A stretch of 64,000 nucleotides of DNA from an uncultured Collinsella sp. (GTDB lineage: Bacteria > Actinomycetota > Coriobacteriia > Coriobacteriales > Coriobacteriaceae), in contig CAUFMG010000002.1 in assembly GCA_959026725.1 (NCBI GenBank), positions 119,067 through 183,066 on the forward strand, written 5' to 3'. A program made the translations under genes and the position numbers. The notes under the pieces are model-generated. The model was not told where the DNA came from, searched no databases, and saw only the letters and a program-made list of their open reading frames with translations. How positions within the stretch are numbered: the first letter of the stretch is position 1; each line of letters opens with the position of its first letter. This document shows, one piece after another, positions 1-9,604 of the stretch.

Positions 1-62
1 ATGTCGAGAGACGCTTATGCGATGAGCGTTGGCGTGTGGCGACGCGAGCTAGCGTCCGACGA

Positions 63-1478
63 TTAGAAGTCGGCGTTGCCCACGGTGCGCGGGTGCGGCA
101 GGACGTCGCGGATGTTGCCCACGCCGGTCAGATACATGACCAAGCGCTCGAAGCCCAGACCGTAGCCGGCGTGCTTGCAGGAACCGTAGCGGCGCAGGTC
201 AAGGTAGTACTTGTACTGCTCGGGATTCATGCCCAGGTCCTTGATGCGGGCCTCGAGCAGATCCAGGCGCTCCTCGCGCTGGGAGCCGCCGATAATCTCG
301 CCGATACCGGGAACCAGGCAGTCGGCGGCGGCGACGGTCTTGCCGTCCTCGTTCATGCGCATGTAGAACGCCTTGATCTCGGCCGGGTAGTCGGTCACAA
401 AAGTCGGTCGCTTAAAGTGCTCCTCGGTCAGGAAGCGCTCGTGCTCGGTCTGCAGGTCGATGCCCCAGCTGACGGGGTAATCAAACTGGTGGCCAGCAGC
501 GACTGCCTGCTCCAGGATTTCGACGGCCTCGGTATAGGTGACGCGGGCGAAGTCGGAGTTGGCGACATGGTCCAGGCGCTCGAGCAGACCCTTGTCCACA
601 AACTTGTTGAGCATATTGAGCTCGTCGGGGCAGGTGGCCATGACGTCCTTGAGGACATACTTGAGCATGGCCTCGGCGTTATCCATGTAGTCGTTAAGGT
701 CGGCGAAGGCCATCTCGGGCTCGATCATCCAAAACTCGGCGGCGTGGCGCGTGGTGTTGGAGTTTTCGGCGCGGAAGGTGGGGCCAAAGGTGTACACGTC
801 GCCAAAGGCCATGGCAAAGTTCTCGGCATTGAGCTGGCCGGAAACGGTGAGGCTTGCATGCTTGCCAAAGAAGTCCTGGCTCCAGTCGACCTCGCCGGAC
901 TCGGTGAGGGGCGGATTTTTGGGGTCGAGCGTGGTCACGCGGAACATCTCGCCGGCGCCCTCGCAGTCACTCGTGGTGATGATGGGAGTGTTGACGTAGA
1001 CAAAGCCCTGCTCCTGGAAGAAGCGGTGGATGGCGGCAGCCGCGACAGAGCGGATGCGGAACACGGCGCGGAACAGGTTGGTGCGCGGGCGCAGGTGCTG
1101 CTGGGTGCGCAGGAACTCGACGGTTGCGCGCTTCTTCTGCAGCGGGTAATCCGGGGCGCTGACGCCCTCGACCTCGATGGAGGTGGCAGAAAGCTCGAAA
1201 GGCTGGGGCGCATCGGGGGTCAGCTTGACGGTGCCGGTGCAAATGAGTGCGGCCGAGACGTTTTGATGGGCGATCTCGTCGTAGTTGTCGAGTGCCTCGC
1301 GGTTCATGACGACCTGCAGGTCGCGGAAGCAGCTGCCGTCGTTGAGCGTAACGAAGCCAAAGTTCTTCATGTCGCGGACGGACTTGACCCAGCCGGCGAC
1401 GGTGACGGTCTGGCCGCCGAGCGGCTCGGCATCGGCATAGAGCTGCGCGATTTTGGTGCGGTTCACGTATCCTCCCAT
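63..1478 (-). CDS. asnS: asparagine--tRNA ligase
   Basis: ORF 63..1682(-) trimmed to the ATG at 1478 ([14 protein letters not shown]...). Class IIb aaRS layout with an N-terminal OB fold ([25 protein letters not shown]) and [21 protein letters not shown] / GYGLGFERL motifs. The alternative start is 1502. Confidence 0.9.
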   Translation of the reverse strand: MGGYVNRTKIAQLYADAEPLGGQTVTVAGWVKSVRDMKNFGFVTLNDGSCFRDLQVVMNREALDNYDEIAHQNVSAALICTGTVKLTPDAPQPFELSATSIEVEGVSAPDYPLQKKRATVEFLRTQQHLRPRTNLFRAVFRIRSVAAAAIHRFFQEQGFVYVNTPIITTSDCEGAGEMFRVTTLDPKNPPLTESGEVDWSQDFFGKHASLTVSGQLNAENFAMAFGDVYTFGPTFRAENSNTTRHAAEFWMIEPEMAFADLNDYMDNAEAMLKYVLKDVMATCPDELNMLNKFVDKGLLERLDHVANSDFARVTYTEAVEILEQAVAAGHQFDYPVSWGIDLQTEHERFLTEEHFKRPTFVTDYPAEIKAFYMRMNEDGKTVAAADCLVPGIGEIIGGSQREERLDLLEARIKDLGMNPEQYKYYLDLRRYGSCKHAGYGLGFERLVMYLTGVGNIRDVLPHPRTVGNADF

Positions 1479-1571
1479 AACGGTTGAATGATAGTTATCC
1501 ATACAGTTCGATATTCTAGCAGCTCGGCTCATTTGGGCTATACAGATAAGGCATTGGCGGGATGGTTTTTC

Positions 1572-1609
1572 AAACGAAAAGCGCCCGCGGCCAAATGGTC
1601 GTGGGCGCT
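1572..1609 (-). terminator. intrinsic terminator after EIIA gene
   Basis: On the minus strand: aagcgcccac...gcgggcgc stem followed by ttttcgttt. Confidence 0.7.
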
Positions 1610-1647
1610 TGACGAGGTGCCTTTTGGCTGTGTGGCGTGGGGCCTGG

Positions 1648-2211
1648 CTACTTGGTCTTGGCAACCAGCAGCGGATCGCCAAGCTTGACGAGCGGATTGC
1701 CGCCGATAAGCGTGCCAGACTCGCCGACGTGGTCGATGCTCTTGAGGCGGTCGAGCTCAGAGACGATGACGGTCACGATGTCCTCGTGGCCGGCGGCTTT
1801 GATGGCGTCGCGGTCGAAGCTGATGAGCGGCTGGCCGGCCTTGACCACATCGCCCATCTCGACAAAGCGGGCAAAACCCTTGCCGTTCATTTCCACGGTG
1901 CCCAGGCCAACATGGATGAACACGCGCAGGCCGTCCTCGGTGATCATGCCGATGGAGTGGTTGGTGACGGTGGTGGCGCCGATGCGGCCGTTGGCGGGGG
2001 CGTAAATGGTGCCGGTAATGGGCTCGATGCCGTAGCCCTGGCCGAGCATGCCCGAGGCGATGGTCTCGTCGGGAACCTCACTCAGATTGACGAGCACGCC
2101 GTTGACGGGAGCGTAGATGACGCCTTCGCGGGTGGCGAAGCTTGCTGCGGGCGGAACGGACGCCTCGCCGGTCGAGGTGAAGGTGGACTTAAGCGAATCG
2201 AGCAGACCCAT
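1648..2211 (-). CDS. PTS glucose-family EIIA component (Crr-like)
   Basis: Trimmed to the ATG at 2211, preceded by [35 protein letters not shown] matches the two-His EIIA-Glc active-site region. Confidence 0.85.
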   Translation of the reverse strand: MGLLDSLKSTFTSTGEASVPPAASFATREGVIYAPVNGVLVNLSEVPDETIASGMLGQGYGIEPITGTIYAPANGRIGATTVTNHSIGMITEDGLRVFIHVGLGTVEMNGKGFARFVEMGDVVKAGQPLISFDRDAIKAAGHEDIVTVIVSELDRLKSIDHVGESGTLIGGNPLVKLGDPLLVAKTK

Positions 2212-2373
2212 AGTTGCCTCCAACTTAAATAGGCGCATATCGCGCGTTTGGTTTGCCGGAAACGTTTCATATGTGTTTCGCGGCTTGGTCAACGCCCCTA
2301 TTCTACGCTGCTCAGCGATACCTCTGAGCTGGGATTATGTGATATATCAGTTGGAGGGAAACTTATTGCTGGT

Positions 2374-3354
2374 GTGTTTCTGCGCCACGGGTTCAAGTGG
2401 GGTACGCTTGAAGGCGAAAAACAAGGGCGCATAATTTGCGCGAAGGGAGCACATAAGATTGTCGAGAACCATGCGCTGTGGGGCGAGGAGCCGACCGAGG
2501 ATTATCCGGCGACGTTTACGTATTTGGGTGCCGAGCCGCTGCCCGATAAACCGAATGGCCGCCGCCCCGCGGTGATCATCTGCGGCGGAGGCGGGTTTAC
2601 GCATATCGCTCCGCATGAGCAGGATCCCGTGGCGTTTGCGTTTTTGGATCACGGTTACCAGGCCTTTGTGCTCAACTATGTGACGAGTTCTACGGGTGAC
2701 GTGAGCTTTCCGCACCCCCAGGCAGATCTTGCCAAGATGGTCGCCACGGTGCGCGCCAACGCCGACGAGTGGCATGTCGATCCTAAGCGCGTGTGCGTCG
2801 TGGGATTCTCGGCGGGCGGCATGATCTGTGCCTCGCTGGCAACACAGTGGAAGACCGGCCCCTTCGCGGCACTTGCCGGGGCGCGTCCGGACGACATTCG
2901 TCCCGATGCCGTGGTGCTGGGCTATCCGCTGCTCGACTTTGCCTATGTGCGCGACATGCAGACGCGCGACCCGCGTATCGATCTGCGCGTTCCCAAGACG
3001 GGCGGCAAGACGGGGCGCGATTTGCTCAACGACTATCTGTCGATGGTGACGGGCGGCGAGGCGACCGACGAGCACCTGGCCGACATCTGCCCCACCACGC
3101 ACGTTTCGCGCCAGATGCCCCCGACCTTTGTGTGGGGCGTGTCCGACGACAAGACGGCGCCGATCGCACAGGTCTATCCGTTTGCGCAGCGCATGGCCGA
3201 GGAGGGTGTCGCTTGCGAGATGCACGTCTTTGACCAGGGCGGTCACGGCCTTTCGCTCGGCAACGCCAACACCGCGGTCGACAACGAGGACAAGCAGGTG
3301 GCGGTCCGCCCTTGGATTCGCCTAGCCTTCCGCTTCCTGGAGCGCCATCTGTAA
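2374..3354 (+). CDS. alpha/beta-hydrolase fold esterase/lipase
   Basis: GGGGF oxyanion-type motif, GFSAGG nucleophile elbow and C-terminal GGHG. The start is uncertain: the frame opens at 2248, and GTG 2374 after GGAGGG (2353-2358) was chosen. Confidence 0.7.
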   Translation: MFLRHGFKWGTLEGEKQGRIICAKGAHKIVENHALWGEEPTEDYPATFTYLGAEPLPDKPNGRRPAVIICGGGGFTHIAPHEQDPVAFAFLDHGYQAFVLNYVTSSTGDVSFPHPQADLAKMVATVRANADEWHVDPKRVCVVGFSAGGMICASLATQWKTGPFAALAGARPDDIRPDAVVLGYPLLDFAYVRDMQTRDPRIDLRVPKTGGKTGRDLLNDYLSMVTGGEATDEHLADICPTTHVSRQMPPTFVWGVSDDKTAPIAQVYPFAQRMAEEGVACEMHVFDQGGHGLSLGNANTAVDNEDKQVAVRPWIRLAFRFLERHL

Positions 3355-3381
3355 GAGTCTCGGCATCCCAGCCCTTCAATA

Positions 3382-3449
3382 ACTTGCGGTGAAATAGCTC
3401 CGATCTGGGGCATCAACCAGCCCATCCAGGAACTATTCCACCGCAACTT
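3382..3449. repeat. ~70-bp palindromic intergenic element, copy 1
   Basis: Arms aacttgcggtgaaatag / ctattccaccgcaactt. Related copies lie at 7522-7589 and 48221-48290. Confidence 0.85.
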
Positions 3450-3468
3450 CGTTTTTGATGCCCCGCCC

Positions 3469-3692
3469 GGAAACTGCGTCCCAGTTTTGCCTTTCAAGGT
3501 GGGACGCAGTTTCCCATAGGGCCTCGACTGGGAAAGCGCGTCCCGTTTCGAGCGGGGATTCTGGGATGCATTTTCCGTAAGAGGCCTGTTAGGGAAACCA
3601 TATCCCGTTTCGAGCCAGAATTCTGGGATGTAGTTTCCCCGAGAGGCCTCATCGGGAAACTATGGCCCTGAACTCTCCTGCCTGTCCCCATT
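3469..3692. repeat. tandem hairpin array, 62-bp period, about 3.5 units
   Basis: GGAAA-N5-(G/T)CCC arms start at 3469, 3531, 3593 and 3655. Inverse arms GGGA-N5-TTTCC start at 3501, 3563 and 3625. Unit 1 is a perfect 14-bp stem. Confidence 0.85.
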
Positions 3693-3741
3693 GCGCCAAT
3701 CTGCTGATTGAACGTCGTTGTGTGTTCGCGCTATCATGCAT

Positions 3742-3780
3742 GGTTACAATTGGTTAGCCATGGCAAACGGTTAGCCATGG
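3742..3780 (+). promoter_or_regulatory. direct repeats GGTTAGCCATGG x2 (plus GGTTAC) upstream of feoAB; candidate metal-regulator operator
   Basis: ggttagccatgg occurs at 3752-3763 and 3769-3780. GGTTAGCC loosely resembles a DtxR/IdeR half-box. Confidence 0.25.
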
Positions 3781-3827
3781 TGAACATAAATACAACGCCC
3801 TGTGGGCGCCGGGGGAGGAACACGGAC

Positions 3828-6188
3828 GTGAAGCTCGATACGCTCGAGATTGGAAAGGACGCCGTTGTCGCATCGGTGGCATCGGACGATCAGGCACTCC
3901 GACAGCATATTTTGGACATGGGTCTAACGCCGGGCACCGAAGTCACCATGATGAAGTACGCCCCCATGGGTGACCCGCTCGAGATCCGCCTGCGTGGCTA
4001 CGAGTTGACACTGCGTAAGGACGATGCCGCTCGCATCGAGCTCGTGGGTATTCACGACACCGATACGGGTCCGCGCGCTAACGCCGCAATCGGCACGACG
4101 GAGCATCCGGCCCTGGGCGAGGGGACGTATTCGCCCCGTGCGGCAAAGACGGCCGTGCCAGAGGGCGCGCCGCTGCACTTTGCCCTCGCCGGCAACCAAA
4201 ACTGCGGCAAGACCACGTTATTCAACCAGCTGACGGGCTCCAACCAGCACGTCGGTAACTTTCCCGGCGTGACGGTCGACCGCAAAGATGGCACCATCCG
4301 TAACCATCCCGAGGCGAGCGTTACCGACCTGCCCGGCATTTACTCCCTGTCGCCGTACACAGGCGAGGAGGTCGTGAGCCGTCAGTTCATCCTCGACGAG
4401 CGTCCGGACGCCATCATCGACATCATTGACGCCACCAACATCGAGCGCAACCTGTACCTGACACTGCAGCTCATGGAGCTTGACCGTCCTATGGTCATCG
4501 CGCTCAACATGATGGACGAGGTGACCGCCAACGGCGGCGCCGTGGACGTCAACTTGCTCGAGAGCCTGTTGGGCGTGCCCGTTGTCCCCATTAGCGCTGC
4601 CCGCAACGAGGGCATCGGCGAGCTGGTGGACCACGCCCTGCACGTGGCGCGGTTCCGCGAGCGCCCTGGTCGCCTGGACTTTTGCGCGCCCGACGGTCCG
4701 GACGGCGGTGCGCTGCATCGCTGCATCCACGGTATTGCTAACCTGATCGAGGACCATGCCGTGACGGCGCACATCCCGGTGCGCTTTGCGGCGACCAAGC
4801 TGGTCGAGGGCGATGAGCTGGTAACCGAGGCGCTTCACCTGGATCGCAATGAGCTCGACGCTATCGAGCACATCATCACCCAGATGGAGGGCGAGGCCGG
4901 CACCGACCGCCTATCTGCGCTGGCCGATATGCGTTTTAGCTTTATCGGCGACGTGTGCGGGCGTTGCGTCGTCAAGCCGCACGAGAGCCGCGAGCACGTG
5001 CGCTCCGTCAAGATTGACCGCATCCTGACAGGTCGTTACACAGCCATTCCGGCGTTTCTGGTGATCATGGGCCTCGTCTTTTGGCTGACGTTTGGCGTGA
5101 TCGGCGCGGCGTTGCAGGGACTCATGGAGGACGGTATCGCTGCCATCATCGCCTCGGCCGATGCGGGCCTCAAGGCGTTCGGTACCAACGACGTGGTGCG
5201 CTCGCTGGCTGTCGACGGCGTGCTTACGGGCGTGGGCAGTGTGCTGACCTTCCTGCCGATTATCGTCGTGCTCTTTTTGTTCCTCTCCATTCTGGAAGAC
5301 TCCGGATACATGGCGCGCGTGGCCTTTGTCATGGATAAGGTGTTGCGTCGCTTTGGCCTGTCGGGCCGCAGTTTCGTGCCCATGCTCGTCGGTTTTGGCT
5401 GCACCGTGCCGGCTATCATGTCGACCCGTACGCTCCCATCCGAGCACGACCGCAAGATGACGGTCATGCTCACGCCGTTTATGAGCTGCTCAGCCAAGCT
5501 GCCGGTTTACGGCTTGCTGTGCGGGGCGTTTTTCCCGCAGGCGACGGTTCCCGCCATGGTCTCGCTCTATCTGATCGGTATCGTGGTCGGCTGCGTCGCG
5601 GCTTTGGTGCTCAACCGCACGGCATTTAAGGGCGACCCGGTGCCGTTTATCATGGAGCTCCCCAATTACCGCCTGCCGAGCGTCAAGACGACGGTGATGC
5701 TGGCATGGGATAAGGCCAAGGACTTCATCACCAAGGCCTTTACCATTATCTTTGCCGCTACGGTGGTCATCTGGTTCCTGCAGACGTTCGATATCCGCTT
5801 TAACGTGGTCGCCGACCAGTCGCAAAGCCTGCTTGCGGGCCTCGGCAGCATCATCGCGCCGGTGTTGGCCCCGCTCGGTTTTGGTGACTGGCGCGCATCC
5901 ACGGCGCTCGTCACCGGACTTATTGCCAAAGAGAGCGTCATCTCGACCCTCACCGTGCTTTTGGGTGCTACGTCGCCCGCGGCACTGTCGACCATGTTTT
6001 CGCCGTTCACCGCCTACGTGTTCTTGGTCTTTACGTTGCTGTACCCGCCTTGTGTGGCGGCAATCGGCGCCGTCAAGAGCGAGTTGGGCGCGCGCTATGC
6101 CGTGGCCGTATTCGCGTTTCAGGTCGCCGTTGCCTGGATCGTGGCGTTTGTCGTGCATTCGGCGGGCATATTGCTGGGGTTGGCTTAG
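3828..6188 (+). CDS. feoB: fused FeoA-FeoB ferrous iron transporter
   Basis: N-terminal FeoA-like domain (LEIGKDAVVASV...GYELTLRKDDAARIEL), then a FeoB G-domain (ALAGNQNCGKTTLFNQLTG, DLPGIYSL) and a polytopic membrane domain. GTG 3828 follows GGGGGAGG. Alternative starts are 3777 and 3708. Confidence 0.85.
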   Translation: MKLDTLEIGKDAVVASVASDDQALRQHILDMGLTPGTEVTMMKYAPMGDPLEIRLRGYELTLRKDDAARIELVGIHDTDTGPRANAAIGTTEHPALGEGTYSPRAAKTAVPEGAPLHFALAGNQNCGKTTLFNQLTGSNQHVGNFPGVTVDRKDGTIRNHPEASVTDLPGIYSLSPYTGEEVVSRQFILDERPDAIIDIIDATNIERNLYLTLQLMELDRPMVIALNMMDEVTANGGAVDVNLLESLLGVPVVPISAARNEGIGELVDHALHVARFRERPGRLDFCAPDGPDGGALHRCIHGIANLIEDHAVTAHIPVRFAATKLVEGDELVTEALHLDRNELDAIEHIITQMEGEAGTDRLSALADMRFSFIGDVCGRCVVKPHESREHVRSVKIDRILTGRYTAIPAFLVIMGLVFWLTFGVIGAALQGLMEDGIAAIIASADAGLKAFGTNDVVRSLAVDGVLTGVGSVLTFLPIIVVLFLFLSILEDSGYMARVAFVMDKVLRRFGLSGRSFVPMLVGFGCTVPAIMSTRTLPSEHDRKMTVMLTPFMSCSAKLPVYGLLCGAFFPQATVPAMVSLYLIGIVVGCVAALVLNRTAFKGDPVPFIMELPNYRLPSVKTTVMLAWDKAKDFITKAFTIIFAATVVIWFLQTFDIRFNVVADQSQSLLAGLGSIIAPVLAPLGFGDWRASTALVTGLIAKESVISTLTVLLGATSPAALSTMFSPFTAYVFLVFTLLYPPCVAAIGAVKSELGARYAVAVFAFQVAVAWIVAFVVHSAGILLGLA

Positions 6189-6230
6189 TTATGAATTGAC
6201 GGCGCAACCTCTGTGTATCGAATTGTTTTC

Positions 6231-6264
6231 GGCCCCGCTTCTGTACTGACGGATGCGGGGCCGT
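6231..6264 (+). terminator. hairpin after feoB
   Basis: ggccccgc...gcggggcc stem with a weak T tract. Confidence 0.45.
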
Positions 6265-6308
6265 TGCTATATAATCGCCTCCGCTCAAAACGATTGGAGA
6301 CGTTATAT

Positions 6309-7505
6309 ATGACTCAGACAAGGCAAGACGGCATCACGCTCAAGCAATGGCTCCCACTCGTCGGTCTCACCTGCTGTGCGTTCGTGTTCAACACGTCGGA
6401 GTTTATGCCCATCGGCCTTTTGACTGATATCGCCGCGTCGTTCTCGCTCACCGAGGCCCAGGCGGGCATCATGATCTCGGTCTATGCCTGGGGCGTCATG
6501 CTGCTGTCGTTGCCACTCATGGTGTTCGCTTCGCGTTTCGAGTTCAAGCGGATGCTGCTGGGCGTGCTTGCCGTGTTCTCGCTGGGCCAGTTCCTGTCCG
6601 CCTTGGCGCCGACCTATCCCATCTTAGTCTGCGCGCGCCTGGTGGTTGCCTGCGCGCACGCCGTGTTCTGGTCGGTCGCCTCGATCATGGCGTCGCGCCT
6701 GGTTGACACACGCCACGGGGCGCTCGCTATCAGCATGATCGCCACGGGCTCGTCCATCGCGCAGATCTTTGGCCTGCCTCTCGGTCGCGCCATTGGCTTG
6801 GCCGTGGGCTGGCGCATGACGTTTGCCGTGGTCGGGGGCCTCTCAGCCATCGCGGTCGTCTACCAGGCAGCGGTGTTCCCGGCCATGCCGGCGGGTGAGC
6901 GCTTTACCGTCAAACAGCTGCCCGAGCTGCTCAAGAACCCGCTCCTCATCGCGCTCTACGCAGTCACGGTCTTCATGGCGACCGGCTATTACGCAAGCTA
7001 CAGCTATATCGAGCCCTTCCTGGCGCAGGTCGCGCACGTCGATGCGGGCGCCATCACCATGACGCTGACGGCGTTTGGCTGTTCCGGCTTGGTGGGCAGC
7101 TGGCTGTTCAGCCGCCTGTTCGACGGGCACCGTTTTCCGTTCCTTGCTATCACGCTCTCCGGCGTGCCGGTGGCCCTGCTGCTCATGGGGCCGGCCGCAT
7201 CGTCGCTCGTGACAGTGCTTGCCGTCTGCGCACTGTGGGGTTGCTGCGCCACGGCCTTTAACGTGGCGTTTCAGGCCGAGCTCATCAAGCACACGCCGGC
7301 AGATTCGTCGGCCGTCGCCATGTCGATCTTCTCGGGCCTGTTTAACCTCGGTATTGGCACGGGCACCGCAATCGGCGGTGCCGTGGTTTCGGGTCCCGGT
7401 ATCGCTTGGATCGGCTTCGCGGGCGGGGCGATTGCCGTCGTGGGCGTCATCCTCGCCATCACGGTGATGTTCCCAGCCATCCGCCGCGCAAAGCCCGTCG
7501 CCTAG
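6309..7505 (+). CDS. MFS transporter (sugar-efflux-like)
   Basis: Trimmed to the ATG at 6309. About 12 hydrophobic segments. The N-terminus FNTSEFMPIGLLTDIA is typical of SotB/YdeA-type MFS proteins. Confidence 0.8.
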   Translation: MTQTRQDGITLKQWLPLVGLTCCAFVFNTSEFMPIGLLTDIAASFSLTEAQAGIMISVYAWGVMLLSLPLMVFASRFEFKRMLLGVLAVFSLGQFLSALAPTYPILVCARLVVACAHAVFWSVASIMASRLVDTRHGALAISMIATGSSIAQIFGLPLGRAIGLAVGWRMTFAVVGGLSAIAVVYQAAVFPAMPAGERFTVKQLPELLKNPLLIALYAVTVFMATGYYASYSYIEPFLAQVAHVDAGAITMTLTAFGCSGLVGSWLFSRLFDGHRFPFLAITLSGVPVALLLMGPAASSLVTVLAVCALWGCCATAFNVAFQAELIKHTPADSSAVAMSIFSGLFNLGIGTGTAIGGAVVSGPGIAWIGFAGGAIAVVGVILAITVMFPAIRRAKPVA

Positions 7506-7521
7506 CCACATCCTCCTCATC

Positions 7522-7589
7522 AGTTGCGGTGAAATACGGACTGCTGGGCCCAATAAACCCGGCAAACAGTCCCTATTCCACCGCAACTT
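7522..7589. repeat. ~70-bp palindromic intergenic element, copy 2
   Basis: agttgcggtgaaatacggactg / cagtccctattccaccgcaact, followed by attttgg. Confidence 0.85.
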
Positions 7590-7659
7590 ATTTTGGGGGA
7601 GGGGATGCACGGCAGGCATACAATGGATGTCGTTGTGTTGAGCTTACCGGGAGGCTGTT

Positions 7660-9036
7660 ATGTGGGCATACGAGACGACGTTCTATCAGATCTATCCGCT
7701 GGGCTTTTGCGGGGCTCCGCGCGAAAACGCCGCGCCCGTTGCCGAGGATGAGCTCGCCCAGGCTGCCAACGCCGCGCCCAACCCCGATGCTCCTATCATG
7801 AAGGTCGCCCAATGGGCCGACTACATGCAGGAACTCGGCGTTGGCGCTGTGCTCATCAACCCACCGCTCGAATCTGATAGCCACGGCTACGATACACGCA
7901 GCCTGCGCCATATCGACCGTCGCCTGGGTGGGGACGCCGACTTTGCCGCCGTATGCGACACGCTGCATGCCCATGGCATCCGCGTGGTGCTCGATGCCGT
8001 CTTCAACCACGTCGGCCGCGGTTTTTGGGCCTTCCGCGATGTGCAGGAGCGCAAGTGGGACTCGCCGTACAAGGACTGGTTCCACATTGGCTTTGACGGC
8101 GATTCCTGCTATGGCGATGGCTTTTGGTACGAGGGCTGGGAAGGCCATTTTGAGCTTGTGAAGCTCAACCTGCAAAATCCCGCTGTGGTCGATTACCTGC
8201 TCGAGTCCGTGCGCCGCTGGGCCGAGGTCTTTGGCGTCGACGGCCTGCGCCTGGACGTTGCCTATATGCTCGACCGCGACTTTATGCGACGCCTGCACGT
8301 CTTTACCCGTGAGCTCAAGCCCGACTTTGTGCTGATCGGCGAGACGCTCCACGGCGACTACAACCAAATCGTCAACGACGAGATGCTCGACTCCTGCACC
8401 AACTACGAGTGCTACAAGGGCCTGTACTCCAGCTTTAACTCGGTCAACATGTTCGAGATCGCCCATTCGCTGCACCGCCAGTTTGGCGGCGATCCGTGGT
8501 GCATCTACCGCGGCAAACATCTGCTGTCGTTTGTCGACAACCACGATGTGCCGCGCCTGGCAAGTATCCTCACCGACAAGTCGTGTCTGCGTCCCGCCTA
8601 CGGCATGCTCTTTGGCATGCCGGGCATCCCGTGCGTCTACTATGGCAGCGAGTGGGGAATTGCCGGCGAAAAGGGTGGCCCCGATGGCGACTGGGCGCTG
8701 CGACCTGCGCTCAATGAGCCTGCGCCCAACGAGCTGACGGCGTTCATCACGCAGCTTGCGCACCTTCGCTCGGCCGACGACGCGGCGGCCCGTGCTCTCA
8801 ACTACGGTGCCTATCGCAACGTGGTGATCCAGAACAAGCAGCTGCTGTTCGAGCGCGCCTGCGATGACGCGACGGTGCTCGTGGCGGTGAACGCCGTGGA
8901 CGAGCCTTACACCTTTGGCGCCGGCGAGCTCAACGGCTCTTTTGTCGATTTGCTTGCCGACGGTGTGCTCACGGTCGAGCTGACGGGCACCCTCGAGCTT
9001 GCGCCCTACGAGGTGCGTTATCTGCTGAGGGCCTAG
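7660..9036 (+). CDS. GH13 alpha-amylase family glycosidase
   Basis: The four GH13 regions are present: VVLDAVFNHVG, GVDGLRLDVAYML, VLIGETL and FVDNHDVPR. Confidence 0.8.
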   Translation: MWAYETTFYQIYPLGFCGAPRENAAPVAEDELAQAANAAPNPDAPIMKVAQWADYMQELGVGAVLINPPLESDSHGYDTRSLRHIDRRLGGDADFAAVCDTLHAHGIRVVLDAVFNHVGRGFWAFRDVQERKWDSPYKDWFHIGFDGDSCYGDGFWYEGWEGHFELVKLNLQNPAVVDYLLESVRRWAEVFGVDGLRLDVAYMLDRDFMRRLHVFTRELKPDFVLIGETLHGDYNQIVNDEMLDSCTNYECYKGLYSSFNSVNMFEIAHSLHRQFGGDPWCIYRGKHLLSFVDNHDVPRLASILTDKSCLRPAYGMLFGMPGIPCVYYGSEWGIAGEKGGPDGDWALRPALNEPAPNELTAFITQLAHLRSADDAAARALNYGAYRNVVIQNKQLLFERACDDATVLVAVNAVDEPYTFGAGELNGSFVDLLADGVLTVELTGTLELAPYEVRYLLRA

Positions 9037-9039
9037 GCC

Positions 9040-9603
9040 ATGGCAACGTCTGACGAGGGCTATCAACATATTGAGCATGGGTTTGAGCCCGTGTTTGACG
9101 AGCGTTCGCGCGTTTTGGTGCTCGGGTCGTTTCCCTCGGTGCTTTCGCGCGCCAATGCCTTTTATTACGGCAACCCTCAGAATCGCTTTTGGCGCGTGAT
9201 GACCATGTGCCTCGGTATGCCTGTGCCGCCCAACGAGGGCGATCCTTTGGCAAGCGGTGAGCCCGCGACGCTCGATGCCTCCATTGCCGCCAAGCGGGCC
9301 ATGCTGCTGGACGGCGGCGTGGCCCTGTGGGATGCAATTGAGAGCTGCGACATTAAGGGCTCGAGCGACGCGAGCATCCGCAACGTTGTGCCGGCACATA
9401 TCGAGCGCATTACCGATGCCGCGCCGATCGAGGTCGTTGTCTGTAACGGCGGTACGGCAGGGCGACTCTACAAACGCTACTTGCAAGATCGGACGGGGCT
9501 GCCCGCCATCGTCCTGCCCTCGACAAGTCCTGCCAATGCCGCCTGGCGCCTGAAACGTCTTGTTGAGCGTTGGCGCGAAGCCGTTGACTGGGCTGTTATT
9601 TAA
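9040..9603 (+). CDS. uracil-DNA glycosylase superfamily protein (hypoxanthine/deoxyinosine glycosylase-like)
   Basis: VLVLGSFPS...NPQNRFW and LPSTSPANA motifs. Confidence 0.7.
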   Translation: MATSDEGYQHIEHGFEPVFDERSRVLVLGSFPSVLSRANAFYYGNPQNRFWRVMTMCLGMPVPPNEGDPLASGEPATLDASIAAKRAMLLDGGVALWDAIESCDIKGSSDASIRNVVPAHIERITDAAPIEVVVCNGGTAGRLYKRYLQDRTGLPAIVLPSTSPANAAWRLKRLVERWREAVDWAVI

Positions 9604-9604
9604 T

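Noticed and set aside
1479-1647. Possible T-box or other leader upstream of asnS.
   Set aside because: The region holds only the EIIA gene terminator and a short AT-richer stretch. No specifier-loop or T-box-like conserved sequence was recognisable by eye.
3494-3691. 65-aa minus-strand ORF covering the 62-bp array.
   Set aside because: It consists of translated tandem repeats, with no RBS and no coding signature.
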